Origin: Phoronis australis
Taxonomy: Eukaryota > Animalia > Phoronida
NCBI GenBank assembly: GCA_002633005.1
Contig: NMRA01000523.1
Coordinates: 240,249-304,248, forward strand
Length of the DNA stretch: 64,000 nt
Reading direction: 5' to 3'
The translations under genes were made by a program, and so were the position numbers. Positions 12,241 to 27,128 of the stretch are shown here, piece after piece; the stretch's first letter is position 1, and every line of letters starts with the position of its first letter. The notes under the pieces are model-generated. The model worked only from the letters and a program-made list of their open reading frames with translations. It was not told the DNA's origin and searched no databases.

Positions 12241-15004
12241 CGAAATGTCCTGGCTTACCTTTCAACATTTGGTGTACATGACATGCAACAAAGTTGACGT
12301 GTTTATTCTTCCTGGTTGCCCTCAATATTTCGACATTCCAGTTTGCAACGTCCAACCACAATTTCCCTAAACTTGAATAATAATTGATGTAACTTTATAC
12401 ATTTTCTTATTATTTTGAACTTGTGGGGTAGCCGTTGGATAATTGATATTTGCATTGATAGTTTCTTTAAAATTACTTTTCTTTCTTAGAATTTTCCTTT
12501 AATATTACGCTCATTCGCTACAATATTCGTCATTATACCATATGTGAAATTAAAGGCACTGTATTTGTCAAATTCTATTTACTTTAAAACGTTTTGTTAC
12601 GGACCAATACACTATATGTACCCTGCAAACGAATGTATTTGCAGGAAATTGCGACATAATATCGAGTACGTTTCTTCATGTACAAAATCGTCTGCTCCCA
12701 GCGTTCCTCGACTCTCCTTCGCTGCGGTACGGATACGGTCCTTACCTCAACTTCTACAAATCAGCACTGTTTCTACCGTTATTTTCAGTGCTGTGAATCA
12801 ACACGGGGGAAATACATGGAGATCAAAAGGGTAAAAATTGTTACTATTGCTAATGGACACTCAATTCAAGAAAATAAACTCAAGCTTATCATACTGCAAA
12901 TCCAATGCTTCGTGAATCCGCCGTCAACTCAACTGCTGGCATTTCGTCTATTTTATACTGTGGCTGAGGGTGCGCCAGGGCGTTCTGTACTGCTACTCCT
13001 TGCTGTGAAAGTAGATTCGTATTCCACATGTAGGCCTACCAGAATGGCAAAGGAACGATTTAGACGCAACTACAATTTTCTGAGATTCACAGTCTTGAAC
13101 ATGAATTTTAAGCACTGATTTGTCTGTACAACAGACCATCAGTCATGCCAGTTTGTTTGCGTAAAGCGCTGCCAGTTGAGAATTCGACCAGCCAATCAGA
13201 AACGCAGGAGTAAAAAAATTTCCAAGGAAATAAAGTGATACCTGCGTGCTGTCTACCACGTAGTGGCAATCAGGCAACCAGCGAGCCGTTGTCTGCGCAC
13301 ACCGACTAATCCAAACACAACTTTACGAAAACGTTTCATGTACTTTGACTAAAATGCCCACGTGCTTACCTGAAATGAAAAAATATCCAATACTTACGAA
13401 TTTTATGAAATTCTTTTGTGACTGTGCATTCTTATTCCCAGATGCAGGCCTAAACACGTCATATCAGTGCCAGAGACGACATCAGTTATAAAGATTCGAC
13501 TTGCGTTGGAAACTCAGAAGCGTCAAGGAAGTTCATTAACTATCTTCCCAAGTTAATAAACCGTGCATTTTTAAAGGCTTAAATTCCTCTTTGATCACCT
13601 GTTTTGCTGAAACCAATAAACTTGTTCTTAAGTTAATAAACGGCACAGTTACTGCCGTCAAGCGAAAGATGAAACAGAGTATTTTTGGGGCACCCTGTTT
13701 ATACAGTCAGGTCAACTTAATCTGTGTCCTATTTTCCGTGAATTGCAGTGTTGACATCAACTTCCTTGTTGCTAAATTTGAAACTATCGTCATTGTTCAA
13801 TGGAATGTTTTAACAATCCTGTCACCATCCTTGGATTTGCAAGAAGTAGGACAGGGGCCGCCACCATCACGTTTGTGTGCCTGTAAAGAGAAAAGATGAC
13901 GGTCGGCTGAACGTCCCGGTTGGCGGAATCAGAGGGTGACGCCGGCGAATGCTGGGTGATCGAAATTTGTTCCAGTGTTTACGTGAAACGGTGCGGGTGA
14001 TAATCTGGGATGACTGAGCAATTTGTTGAGTACAGGACCGCAATAAAAATAGTTTCCTGGCATTTTTGCTATCAGTGTTTTCCACTTGTGCTTTTATTTA
14101 TTTTCATTCCCCTTTAATATTCCCTTTTTCTTATTGTATTTGTTATTCTGTGAGCGAAATGAATAAAGAAAACACGAGGTGACAACAAACCGGAGAGGAA
14201 ATTAGAGTCGACCGTGTGTTCACGTGTCAGTTTAACGAACAGCCCGTTACTTGGAAGCGTGCACACTAATTTTTGCCAGGCGCCTCATAATACGTTTTAA
14301 TTACCTACCAGATTAGATATTAACTTTGGTAAATTGACAATCTTACAAACTTGGCATGTGAGCATGAATTACATGTACGACGAGCCTGAAAAACTTAAGA
14401 CAGAAAAATACAGTACGTGTATGCAATTTTCAAGGTTATTTTACAGAATTGTGGATTTTATTGAAATTTGATATAGACGGAAGAAAATATAAAGCCAGAA
14501 CTAAAACATTCGACTTTTAAAACAGAATTTCCACTTGAGTGTGGGTACCGAAGTCAACTTATTAGACCACAAGAGACATCTTGACCACAAACTTCCGTCC
14601 GAGGTAAACCAAATGGTTGCAAGACCCCTTTGCATTGATCAGGTCACGACATGGCCTAATTGACCTATTGCAAGCTCCACCAACTTGTGTAATGTTGATT
14701 CACAAACAATAAGTTTTACCCGACAACCTGTTGTTTGTCGGGTAAAATGGCTGCTTGGAAAAGAAGGTATGTAGATAATGCTATATACGATCTAAATGTT
14801 CAGTTATGCCGTCACTCAAAATCCTGGTGATAGGTTAATTGACCTATCACCAAGATTAAGACGGACGGCTTAATTGACCAATCAGAACGCAGCATTCTTG
14901 GCACACCTTCATCTGCGTTTCCAAGCCGCCATTTTACCCTACAAACTGCTCGTAGTCGAGTAAAACTTACTTTAGTCTGTAGCTCAAGAAATTGTCCGCT
15001 AAGA

Positions 15005-15146
15005 ATGGGGAAACGGTGCTGATATGGCGTGTGTAACACCGACAGCCGTTGTGCTGCTCCAGAATAATATCCCGTCATTTTTGGCATGTCCTAAGCCGAG
15101 AAATGATGTTGAAAAGCGTAAACTTTGGATCAAACTGTACGGCCAC
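15005..15146 (+). pseudogene. Degenerate THAP zinc-finger N-terminus of an ISL2EU/Harbinger-type transposase
   Basis: MGKRC*YGVCNTDSR, then after a frameshift FLACPKPRNDVEKRKLWIKLYGH, resembling the MxKRCxxGxCxxDSR..FPKP..EKC..WIxxCGR pattern. Confidence 0.6.
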
Positions 15147-16169
15147 ACGAGCAGCGATGTTGTTGATAACTCGAAGGCTATAATAAACACAAATATATTA
15201 GTTCCAAGATACGCACTTTTCAGCTTGGTGGCTATGGTGCAGGGATATCTCACATTTTGACTCCCGAGTTTCCTACGTCTGAAGTTGTTCAAACATGATA
15301 TTTTAGATTTACCTAGCTTTGAAAAAGAATTTGAGTTATTTTTGTAAATATCCTATTTTTGCAACTACCACACCAGACTTTTGTAACCATACCACGACTT
15401 AGTGATCATGCTACCTTCAAAAATAAATTAAAGCTACTTTTATAGAATGAAACTACAAAAATGCCAAGTTCATAAGAAGTTAGGCCTAATTTAAATGTCT
15501 TAATGGTGCAAATGGACAATTCCATAGCCGGATTTAGGGGGGCAGGGGCCCCAGACCCCCCCCCCCCTTGGCTGCCTCAAGCAAAATGAAACAGCAAGAG
15601 CGTGAAGCGTGAGGAAAATTGAGTTCAGTAACTAGGACCGGTAGCGGAAGAGGGGGGTTCAGACCGATAGATTTTCTGAACAGAAGGTCCAACGGTTTTC
15701 ATCCCTGGCCTCTGCAACTTTCGAGCCGCCTGTGCACATAAAATTGCACGTTGCCAAATTCCACGAGGCAACATATGTTGGCCCCCTGTGGTTTCCTAGA
15801 TCTGCCACTGAATTCCAGAAATTAATTTGACTAAGACACAACCCTAGACCTACCGGAGCTAACTACATGTATTTGCTTAGGACGAGATGAGTGTGTACCT
15901 GAGCTATGAACCTGATTTTTTTATCAAAATAGTTCGTTACAAGATTAGAAAAGCGTAAACAGTGCTTTCGAGTCGACCTAGTCAGAGACTATAGTGTATG
16001 TGTTGTCTATAATCTATGACCTACTTTACTCTAGAACCCACCAGTTGTGACCTACTTTTCATTTTGCGAAATTTAGCAGACGACAGAATAAAAATATCGG
16101 TGAATCTTCACAGATTTTATTCGAAAGATCATGAAATCTATGGAATCGTACAGATAATTCGACTTGAAG

Positions 16170-16413
16170 GTACATACCCAGCTTTACATGAACATGTCGT
16201 ATCAGTGACCTTGTCATTTGTCAGGTGAAGGTGCGAGGCCGAGGGGTTCTTCAGATTTTCGCTGGCTCCTCGAGCACTTATGTTTTCATCGTCACCTTTA
16301 CAAATTCCCATATCATGAACATATGATTCACTGTTGAAAAGCATCGCCTCTTGTCTCTGTCGAAGCGTTTTCAAATAGTGCAAAAACACAGTAGGCCTAC
16401 TCATCGATTCCAC
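16170..16413 (-). pseudogene. Degenerate transposon ORF fragment ending in a SWIM-like CSCKAG motif (YqaJ-nuclease ORF type of ISL2EU elements)
   Basis: ORF 16413-16138: ..FNSESYVHD..ARGAS..K.P..H..DTTCSCKAG; truncated after the motif. Confidence 0.5.
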
Positions 16414-19400
16414 CAGGAACGTCGTTTAGCGACAGTGTATTTGCCTCTGACATCTCGTTCGATTGTCGGGTATCACGTGACTTTTCGCATAGGGCGGAGC
16501 TTGCGATAGGTCAATTGCAGCGATGTTAGAAACCTTGTTTGCGGATATGCGTGCGCGTGCGAGTTTGCGTATGCATCTGTATGTGACCGTCTCCGTATAT
16601 TGCCGGGTTGATCCCCGTGCGATCAAGTAAGGCTTGACTTGACTTCGTTACTTTTTTTCGGTATTTACATGCGCAGCCTAACCGTAAACACCGTGCAATA
16701 AGATGCGTTATTTCAGTTGTCTGATTGCTGCATGTATGGGAGTGCCACGTTTTCGTTCAACGCGTTCGTACAACTGCCGTAACAGAATCACCAAATAACA
16801 GCTCCAGCGCAGTAGGAGGCCAGCAATCGGGTTTTAACGGTAGATAATACATACGGGTCACGCAGTGTCCAACCGATGACTGACTGCGTTTCACTGATGC
16901 GGGCATATGGTTATTCATTTGTGTTGAGATATCGCTTCAACATCTCGATCTGCTGTACACATCCACGGAAGGGAGAGACTGGTGCATTTGAATATGGAAG
17001 GCAAGCCTAGAAAAGGGAGCTGTCCCTTCAAGTAACTGAGGGTGAGTCGATCTTCATGGTTTCTTTCGTTACCTGTTGCATTTTGTGAAGCCAGGTCATG
17101 CGTCAAAGTTGGCTACAACGCGTTCCGATTGGCGTTTTCACGTTTGAAATATGGCTTTAACCTGTGAAGCAAGGAGTGGTCATAGGCTCATCAGTCCAAT
17201 CTTCAAAATTGACAGAGCTAGTTTTCTGAGAGGCAGGTCGTTTCCGTACATTGCCTTGTATGCCGAAGTTCCCTGTCCCTGCGATACCCCTGAGACGGAA
17301 AATGTATTGTATGCTTTCTACTTATAGTCACGGTGGTATTCCAGTCATTAGAAATTTACCAAGAGAAATTCGCGGTCTTAAGTGTGATGTAAACTTTGTG
17401 CCAATTAAAGCGTTGTGTGTTACTCGATCATTGCAACATGTTTGATCACAAATCGAGGCAATCCTGTTTTTTTTTTTTGATAAACATAATAAACGACTAA
17501 CCATTAATTGGTTTTGAAATTATAGCGACTTGCAACCAGTCACCGATTGACCGATTGTGAAAAGCACGTTCTGGATAACATGAAGTGGGACGAAATCTAG
17601 TAATGAAATCGTTTATCCATTCAATCAAAACCTGCGATTATGTTATAATTGTGACAACCTTAGCCGGAAAAAGATTCAGTTTATGGAAGTCGAAGCGAAT
17701 TAACTAGTTTTTAATTGCTGTTTGTAATTTCACAGTTTTATTTGTATTGAAACATGTATGAGTGTACCTATGAACACAAGTAATCACAAAAACCTTCGAC
17801 TACTCTTACAGACTATGTCCTCGATTTTGATGATAGAAAAAAAAATGTACATCCAAATGACATTTCGCTAATAGACTGTCATCTAATACATCCTAATAAT
17901 TAAATACCCTTCAACTGAACATGTAGCAATCCTTGAAATTGGCATGCACTGAAATGATATTTACCATTTCATTTTCCATGACTGATATCCATTTTTTGCA
18001 TAGCCTGCATGCTGACTGAAGCGTGCTTTAGTGCAGCAGGCTGCTCAGATGTTCAAATATAATTACCCCACTATAAATGCTGTCACGTTTAGTCGCCCAG
18101 AGTTGATTTCAAATTCACATTTTTTTAAATATTCATAATGGGGAATATTGTTTAGCTTCATTCGTGTCAAGGAAATCGCTGCGAGAATTGATAAACATTC
18201 GAGACAACCCAGTGCAATGGGAGTAACTCTATTGTTATTAGGAGATTTATCAAAATGACGCTGTATACAAAATTTTTAATGGCACTGTTTTGACAGTTAT
18301 CTGCACGTTATGCATCTACAAAATTAGCTTGCTAACAGGTTCCCCATTTATGTCGTATTTTTTGTAGTGTGTTTCGGCGATTCGTGACTGTGCGTATACT
18401 GTCGTGACTGAATTACAAGTCGAAATTATGAGCCAAAGAGTTGACCTGGTTTCGTGTCACAGCGCAGTTTATTGGCCCCGGGTCAACCTGAGCCTGCGTT
18501 ATTGAGGTATTCAATATTTTTGTATCCGGCATTGAGATAACTCATAGGCAAGTACGCCTATGATAAATCGAGATGAGAAAGATCACTCTGACTGTGCGAG
18601 AATAACAAATGAGATTTACACTGTCATGTTGAGAACACAGCTTGTCTTTCTCATTTTACGAGATAAAATTAAACGCCATTGCACGGAAGATTCAAAAGAA
18701 GCGCTCATGAAAAAGTTCAATTGCCTCGAATTTAAAAGCTGTTGAATATGAAGCAATAAATGCACAGGTACGCTCGTAACAGTAAATTGAAATTGTGATC
18801 GTATATTTTTGCACCTGGCGTATTGCAAACCAAACGAAAAATGTGTATGATGCCAGACAATGACAGCTAACATCAACTTGACACCTCCTTTCAAAAAACG
18901 AAGCTATTAAACGACTGATTTCTCTGCAAGTAGCGTTTTCATCGCGAACAATTTTTACTCTGGAAGCATTTCAAGCTAATGCATGTCTGACGGCAATCAT
19001 AAGTACGATATATGGCTGTTATCACGGCCGTCATGCGGTTGTAACGATAAGCGTACTCATCAAACACTTGCTGGTCTCCTCAGTTAGAGCACGTTAGCTA
19101 AACCTACATGTATAACTAGGTGTAGCGTTTTCAGTTCCTTCAGTCGTACACAAAATTGTTCACCGTGGCAGTATTCAGTCGCCGTTCCCGCATTTATTGA
19201 ATGTTGAATTTTACGTCTTTCAGCTTTCATGGAAATTTTGCCGCGAGGGATTCTCTGAACCAAATTTAAAGTCCGTCGACTAGTTATTAAAAAAATCGGT
19301 TTCAGATATTTTGCCATCATGGACTAACGCCCATATATGACGCATAATGGAATTAGGTCACTCTGCGAACATCATGCAGGCTGCCAATAAAAATTGACGC

Positions 19401-20262
19401 TCGATCCAACCATACCAAGGCAAAACGTCATGCATGTGTCTCAGTTTTGATACCATTTGACATTTAATTACTTTGTCACCTGGCCTGTTTTGTCCAAGGC
19501 TGCCGTACCTGTGGATAGAGTTCAATAACGCTAAGACCTCGCTAGCAAACCAAGACTTCGCGAGATTACGCGAAATATTGCCGTGTTTTTCTCGCCGCGA
19601 GACAGGTGGTCTTTATTTACTAAGACGGGCGTATATTACATTTTTCCTTAAAGCTAACGTAAGCTCGCCGTCTGTTAAAAAATTGCTTTGAACCTCAGAT
19701 ATATAAAACGCACGACTCACTTCTTGCGCCAAACAGGGTCAAAATCATCTCAACAATTTGTCAGTTCTTCCCACGCCGAGTCAAGAGATCCATTTTTAGT
19801 ATGAGAATAATGAACACGCTAAAACTAGCCTTACCTCTGCAAACGATAAAAATTATAGCTAATCCTTTTTAGCATGCAGCGGTTTATAGTATCTTTGATA
19901 TTTGATGACCTGAAAGAAATTAATTCAATGCTACAATGTACGTTTACCGTGGACATGTAATCCATTGCTTCCAGGGTTGGTTTACGGAACGGCACATTGC
20001 ACACTCGTCTATTGGAAACCTAGAAAGCTTGATTATAAACTAAGTTTATTTTTTGCGTGTTAAAACGCGTTGCACTGTTTGGACAATCCTTCAGAGCAAA
20101 CTGTTATCAATCCAGCATAGGGCTGAAATGGACTTAGTTGTCTTGAAATATGGACGTAGATTGTTTGAATTGGAATACGTATCCGGGTTCAAAACGATAA
20201 TTGTAGAACAGAATGACATTTATGGTAACTACGTATCAGCACAGCTATTAACACTATCAATA

Positions 20263-20330
20263 TCGTCGTCGTCATTATTATTGTTATTATTATTATCATT
20301 ATCATCATTATTATTATTATTATTATTATC
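20263..20330. repeat. (ATT/ATC)n microsatellite
   Basis: Read directly from the sequence. Confidence 0.9.
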
Positions 20331-21849
20331 AGTGTCAATGCCACTCTCAACAGCATTTAATTTTAGTTGGCCTTGAAAACGATATCGGGGAAATATGCTG
20401 CTTCCAACAACCACAGTTTGTTTGTGCCATATTTGAATAAGCTGTGAATCATCACAGCGCCTCGTCTATCTGGCCATTGTAAACAAGCAGTCAACCCGGT
20501 GACGACCTGGAATTCTTAGAAAGCACGCGCTAGGGAATTTTTCAGTGACCAATGTTGCCGTTAGTCTATCATTGGTCAAAGCCTCCACTTTTGTAGTAGG
20601 ACTTACCGGCACGCGACTTAGTGCATACCTGAATTCGGCGCACTGATTAGATATGATATGTGTTGGTTATTGCATCTACAAATCCATTTACTTACAATTC
20701 GATGACGTTTTAGATGAGTTTACCACAATAACTAGTGTTGTGTTACTTGCGTGGGTAACGCCGGGTTTTTTACTTGCCAAACAAGGCTTGAACAGACGAC
20801 TTTGTTAAGCATCGACCCTCACGGACGCAATCATAACTGATGACAGTTCTCAGTCCACACAACAACTGTTATTAAGAGCGAACTTACAAGGAGAAATGGT
20901 TCTGTTTTGTTTGTCAGAAATTTTTCGTATTGTAGAACCTTGCATTTAGTCAAATATTTAAACTCTGTGAAGTGTGTATTTTCGGAATGTATAAAACCTG
21001 TTGAGTTTGATTTTGAAGCTACATTTCATCCTGTTTAGCCACAAAACAGAAATCGAATCAAGACTCTTACTCTCATAAAATTGGTATCATAATATTACAT
21101 ACCGCGATTGGATTATATTTCCGTTACCAACTCAAGTTACAGGCGATACGTGCCTGCACCACTTATGAATCCGCAATTTAAAGGTTGGCCAACCTTAATA
21201 AACTATGAAGCGTTTTATTGAATCGCTATTGGTTTCGATGTTCTTGTAGGTATGGGAATAGAATCCGGAAAGTGACATCATGGGACCGATTTTACGGGGG
21301 TAAAGGACGGAATTCAATGTTCTTTTGATGCAGGACAGCAAAATGACGGAATGTACATGTATCTTGCACTTAATGAAAATCTGGGGAATAGTCACTTACA
21401 ATATCTTGAGAACCAGTTTGACACCCGTTACTTAGTGCACGAAACTGGTTGTCAAAACGAGAGACCTGTGAGTGACTGTTACCTCAATGTAGCGTCAACT
21501 GAGTCACGTGGCCATGACGTTTTAGTAAAATTAAGCAAAATAGAAATGTACACTACATTCATAGCACTACGGTTTTCTACTTTACACCAATCTTTCTGAC
21601 AGTAATTGTGTCACGTGAAAATATTTTTAGTTAAATTTAGCAAACAATAAAAGTACATCCATAGCCCTTTGATTTTTAACATTTCACCAATCTTTCTTTC
21701 GTTAATTAAGTCACCTACCAACTGTCTTTTTAGTAAAACGTAGCAAAAGGAGGTTCATTCATAGCAAAATAAGGGTATAGGTGATATGGCCAAGTTTCAT
21801 TGTGACCTACATGTACTAAATGTCCAAGAAGAAGTCTCAGAAAAGCAGT

Positions 21850-22620
21850 TACAGTTTTCTAAGATTTCATTTCGTATTGTTTTCGTAAAATTTGGCAGTT
21901 AGGCAGTGAGGTGATGACATCCTCTCGTTTTTGGACGGATTCGAGGTTCTTTGCGCCCCCTAGTGGTAATTTTACTCTTCTTGAGTCTGTTTTGACGTCC
22001 GCTCATCATTCAAACCGCTGTTGGGATGATTTTGAAAATTGGCATATATTTTCTTACTGCGAAAGTGCGACTGATGATGATTTTCCGACGGCTTCGACTA
22101 TTGTGGCGTCTTCTAGTGGCAGTTTTGTTTGTTTTTGCGCCCATGGCTGTATCTCCTAAACGCCCTGCAGGATCTTTATTGACACTATCTTTCGGTTTCA
22201 GGTTTGATTTTTTGGTATTTTGCGCCTTCAGTGGCCATTTTAAATGTTTTTCGAGCCTTGTCATTTGGCGTCTGTCCTTCCTTCTGTCAACCAATCCACT
22301 CTAAGGATGGTTGTGGAAATTGGCATGTATGTTCCTAATGTGAAGAGGACGTCTGACGATGATTTTACAACGACTTCATCTACTGTGGCGCCTCTTGGTG
22401 GCAGTTATGTTTTTTGCGTCTTAGTGGCAAATTCTTTTTTTTTTTTTCGTTTCCCTTGGTTTCCTAGAAGTTCCTTGACGGATTTTTATGAAATTTGGTA
22501 AATACCTCTTATGACACATACCAGATTTCGGATGGATTCGACGTATTTTGCGCCATCTAGTGGTCATTTTTATGTTCTAAATAAACACCCCTAGAATCAC
22601 ACCGTTACTCTTGTTGTGTT
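21850..22620. repeat. Dispersed repeat with internal degenerate tandem units (Helentron/DINE-like), copy 1
   Basis: Recurring TGAAATTTGGCA-like and GCGCC(A/C)(C/T)CTAGTGG motifs; shares the end ..AGAA(T/G)CACACCGTT.. with copy 2. Confidence 0.65.
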
Positions 22621-25600
22621 TCATGTAAATGTTTTCCTTAAATCAAAAAAATCTTATTTTAATAGCCCTGCAGGTAAAAGAGGAACATTTTAGAAACGAC
22701 CTGATATCTTAGAAAACTGTAACATCAAACGAAATTTGATAAATTCATATCGTTGTTTTGTCATCATTGTACCTTACTTTCAAACTTTTTCTAAATAAGA
22801 CATGGTCACGTGACCCAGTCAGTGATAGATTGGCATAAATCCTGCTTTCATAAAAATGTATTTTTTCTGGAGTTTAAATTCTTTAGTTTTGTGGATGTTT
22901 CACTGATTGTACAAACTTGCAATTTATGCAATACTGGCAGCTACCACCGTAACACCATTTCAAATTTTGGTTAACATTATTTCTAACCAATCATATTTGT
23001 ACAGCGTATAATGAACGGCTAATTCTGAGCAGCATTTTAGAACAATCGCTGGAGCCCTTGATAGCCCTGCTGTACATATGTATTGTTGTCACGTGGGAGA
23101 CTAAAATTACGTTGGCGCGCTAATCCGAGCCTGCATGAGTTAAATAACGCCTTTTTAATTATAATTCAATTTCCTATACAATTCCAAGCCAGCCAGGTGC
23201 TAGTGAGTACGGGATTTTTCACGTTAGCATGTTAATCTAGGCCTGCTGGCGTGGATGTATTACATAAAGCGTTAATTTGCTTCATGCATGTCGATTTGTG
23301 AAGCTTAGCATGCCGCTTGAATAGCCGTCCTAGAGGTAGTTTGCAAGTTCAACAATTTTCGCTGTTATGACGAGGCTGGGCTTCTGATGACCCACATGCC
23401 GTTATTCTTTCATGATTATATCTATTCCAGGTGGCCCCAAAACTTAACTACGGTCTTGGATCGAAGTTAACTGAGCGATTAAACTCCGGATTAAATAGGT
23501 GAATCTCAATAGGAATGCATAACTTGGATGCCACCGGAGGTGGCTGCGTTTGCTATGATGTGTTCGGTGACTGGTTAATATTTGTCAATATTAGTGTTTA
23601 TTATTTTGGCAGCATTCTGATTCATTTTATCCATGTTTTGCTGGATTCTTTACATTAAAAATAGCACTGTCCATACTTGAGGTGAAGGTAGCATTAGCGC
23701 CACCTTGCGATAGGTTTGCTGACTTATTTTTCTGACTCCGAAGTGTGTGGGAACGATAACGCTGAAAGATACAGCTATGTCTCCTTAAAACTACGAATAA
23801 TTAAGTTTGAAGCAAGCTTCTCACCTTCCTGAAGAACAGTGTGTACAACTATTAGAAAAAGAAACAATTTGTAAATAAATTGCAGTTTTAAAGAAAACAC
23901 CAGAACCGGTGCACTTAAAAACAAATGTGAACGTATAAAAACCCTAGTGCGCAATCGTTATTTGATAAACAAATAATGAAACTGTGTCTTGTTTCAAAAA
24001 GGGTATCGGCAATTCTGTGGGGGTTTCCCAGGATTCTCGCATCGTCTTAAGAGCTGTGGGCGAGAAGCGTGCGCAAAGACCTAGAATTTGCACTACCAGA
24101 GACGCACAATGAATTGTCCAAGGTGACGACAAAATGGAATTACAGAACGAATGCTTTTGTTGTGGTTACCGTGAAGAGTGTCGGCCGATTAGCCAGATTG
24201 ACCTAATTTGTCGGTGGCCGGCATTGTCGTCCACCTTGATGAAATGTTACTCATTTACATAAAAATAATCTCGTAAAACGAGACTTTCGCGAGATTGTAT
24301 TGGTAACTGGTTCTCAGATGGTTTCTGGCACACTGGAGGACCCGTGGGGTTGTTTGTAAATTAGTACTTCATTTGCATTTTACAATTTAATGAGATTTAC
24401 AGTGTATGCGTCTTTAACCTCGCAATTTAACCCAGTTAACATGGAAGCTTACATAGTAGCTGAGTCAACTGCTGGGAAAAGGGCCTTTAGGCCTGAGGCA
24501 CTTCTCTGTAATTTTGCCTCCAGCTTTATTTATGATAAAGATTGGTAGGTTGTGTTATCCAATCTTCACTTTGTTTTTATTCGTTATAATAAAGATAATG
24601 GCAAGCTCTTATTGGTAACTGGCTGAGTTGCGCTCAAGGTACAATACTGATCTGTATTGTTATATCCAACAAAGACGCAACCAAGGAAAACAATGGTGGT
24701 GTCCCATTGGCGATAACCGTGCGACGCGCCACTCCCGTCGCGTGGATGTCGCAAGTTAAACAACAATACCTTGCGACTCCATACAACGTCATTTGACAGG
24801 GGGCTCGGCTTTATTCATGTCAACTTTCGTACAACTACAATGCCGTATGTCAGCAAGAATAGCAACGCTTCCCACCGCTTTTGCCAGAATCTGAGTCTTT
24901 TTCACGCATAAAGTAAATGGGTTCAGGGGTACTATTTACATTGAAATTACGGCTGTGTAGCCGTCTAAGGACTCCACCCGTTCTCGGTATACTTGCCGTC
25001 TAACACGCAAACGAGTAAATCTGGAACGCGTTAGACTCGTCTGCCGCGGGTACTATTGAATAAAATAAACACGAATCGCGCTAGTACTGATCGTAGCTGT
25101 TGGACGGAGACAAAAATTGGGCAATAAACTTAGCCATTCTTTACATCTAGCAATTTGCAACTTCTGTATGGTCAGGGTGATGCTAAACGTATTACAGAAC
25201 CTACATTCAATTTACACTTTATCTCCGTTTAAGCTAATCAACGTTTATTTCATTGCGTGCAGCACAAGGTTCACCCATGTAAAATTAATCACATTTTCAA
25301 AGCATTCATTTTCCTTTAGTTGTCATGATTAGTTCACATCTGTTTGAAAGCACATCACAGGCGCCGGGAAGGCTATGGTTAAATCAGCTGCCATTTTCTC
25401 ATGCCTATAAACAGAGAACCTTTTAAAAAGTACATGTTATACTGTACCTGAACCCCGTGTCATCGTCGTTCTGCAATGTAGGTCACGTGTTATTGATAAA
25501 CGTTTAGGTTCTATAAAGTCGCAGTAAACACACATTATTTGTCCAGCATTTAGTGCTGTAGAAACTCTTGTAGATAGTAATGTGGATTGTGTGCTGTTGG

Positions 25601-26489
25601 CACCATAGAATGCCCAAATTTAACTTCCGTTGCGTACGCCTGTGTATCAAACTTTTTTCAAGAGTTTTTGGTCTTGCCTTTTTAACGGTGCCATTGGCTT
25701 TCTCAATACCGCTTTGGATGATCGGTTTGCCAATATTCCCTGTGTCTTAAAGGGGAAAGTAACCGTTTTTCCTGATAACTTGTCTCCTAAGCGTTAGTCA
25801 CATCTACCGATTTAACACACTTTGTCGGGAGTTTTAATTGTCGACAACTATTAGCTGTTATCGTGCAGTTTAGTTTGCAGTTAAAAAGTGTCCCAAGAGT
25901 CTGATATTCTTTACTGAAAGCTTTATTCTTTACCCTACAAACGCACCGGGAAATAACGATCGTTCTTGGCAGTTGAGTAATGACGTCAGAATGAAAGACC
26001 TTTGAAGAAAGCTCGCTCGGATGCGTGGCCGGGTACACAATGGTGGGGATATCACGACTGTGTACAGCCTCAGAGTTGCAACGTGACTACAACTCAGTTA
26101 GGTGCGGTTCATCATAATATGTCTGTATGTTTTTGAGTAATTCGTCATATCAGGAAAACGACCTGAAGCCTTTATAAATTACACAGCTGACATCAACAAG
26201 TGCCCAGGAGAACAGCTGTAACAACGTCGGAGGACTATCGACCGTGTAGGAGCATTGAACTGTTATTGCAGCTCACGTCGACGATTTGCTACGTTGTAAT
26301 GAACACTTGCAAACGAGGCTTCCCCTGACGATTTTTCAGACGAATTGAAGTATGAAAAGGTGTTATTTTTGGTTCATTGTAGTTTACAACTTTATTAAAC
26401 TGCAAGGTCAACGCGTATTCTCAAATGACTGCTTCAATATGACTTGATGTCTATAAAGTGCCTCTAATACACTTAAAAAATCTTTTTAT

Positions 26490-26663
26490 TCAGAAGTTGA
26501 CCCATGTATTACCTGTATGTTACTGTTTCAGGTGTACAAATCCGAAATATCCTCCGAAGTGTCTTTCATATGTCGCGTTCAGAAGTTGACCCATGTATTA
26601 CCTGTATGTTACTGTTTCATGTGTACAAATCCGAAATATCCTCCGAAGTGTCATCCATATTTC
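26490..26663 (+). repeat. About 89-bp tandem duplication
   Basis: TTCAGAAGTTGACCCATGTATTACCTGTATGTTACTGTTTCA(G/T)GTGTACAAATCCGAAATATCCTCCGAAGTGTC occurs twice. Confidence 0.9.
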
Positions 26664-26908
26664 GGGTTCAGAGGCTAGGCCTACACATTTGGAAACTGAA
26701 TCAGCTGCAAGCTAAGCATTTCAGTTGACAGCTGATCTAATTAGATTGAAAATGCTACATTTAACCGCTGCGTATTCTTTTTTACTTAGTTAGCTGCATT
26801 TGTTTCAGAATATTTCTTCGCCAACGTCGGTCATTTTGATGTCTCGAGCGAAGCTCTAGGAAGCCTTACACCAATGTGTCTCGGGATGATCGTCTGTTCA
26901 CCGTAACC

Positions 26909-27128
26909 ATGATATCCATTGTCGACACAGTGACATATGCCAATCAATCAGGCATAACGCAGGTTCCATGGTACGATTACAGCTTCCTGTCCCCTGGCGA
27001 CAGACTTGCGATCATAGGTGGCTGTGCTTTATTTCTACTGCTGGTTTTCTTTGTCATGGTGTGTAAGTTGTGGCCCGGATGTTTCCTGCACCGATACTGC
27101 CCTCTCAAGGCAAAGTACGACAAAGTTG
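26909..27128 (+). CDS. Synaptotagmin exon 1 (N-terminus and TM)
   Basis: Start context accATG; hydrophobic helix followed by a Cys-rich juxtamembrane segment; donor G|gtgagt; upstream acceptor tttcag at 26808. Confidence 0.85.

Noticed and set aside
13680-13703. Tc1/mariner-like terminus (minus strand CAGGGTGCCCCAAAA)
   Set aside because: I found no partner TIR or transposase remnant, so the element cannot be delimited.
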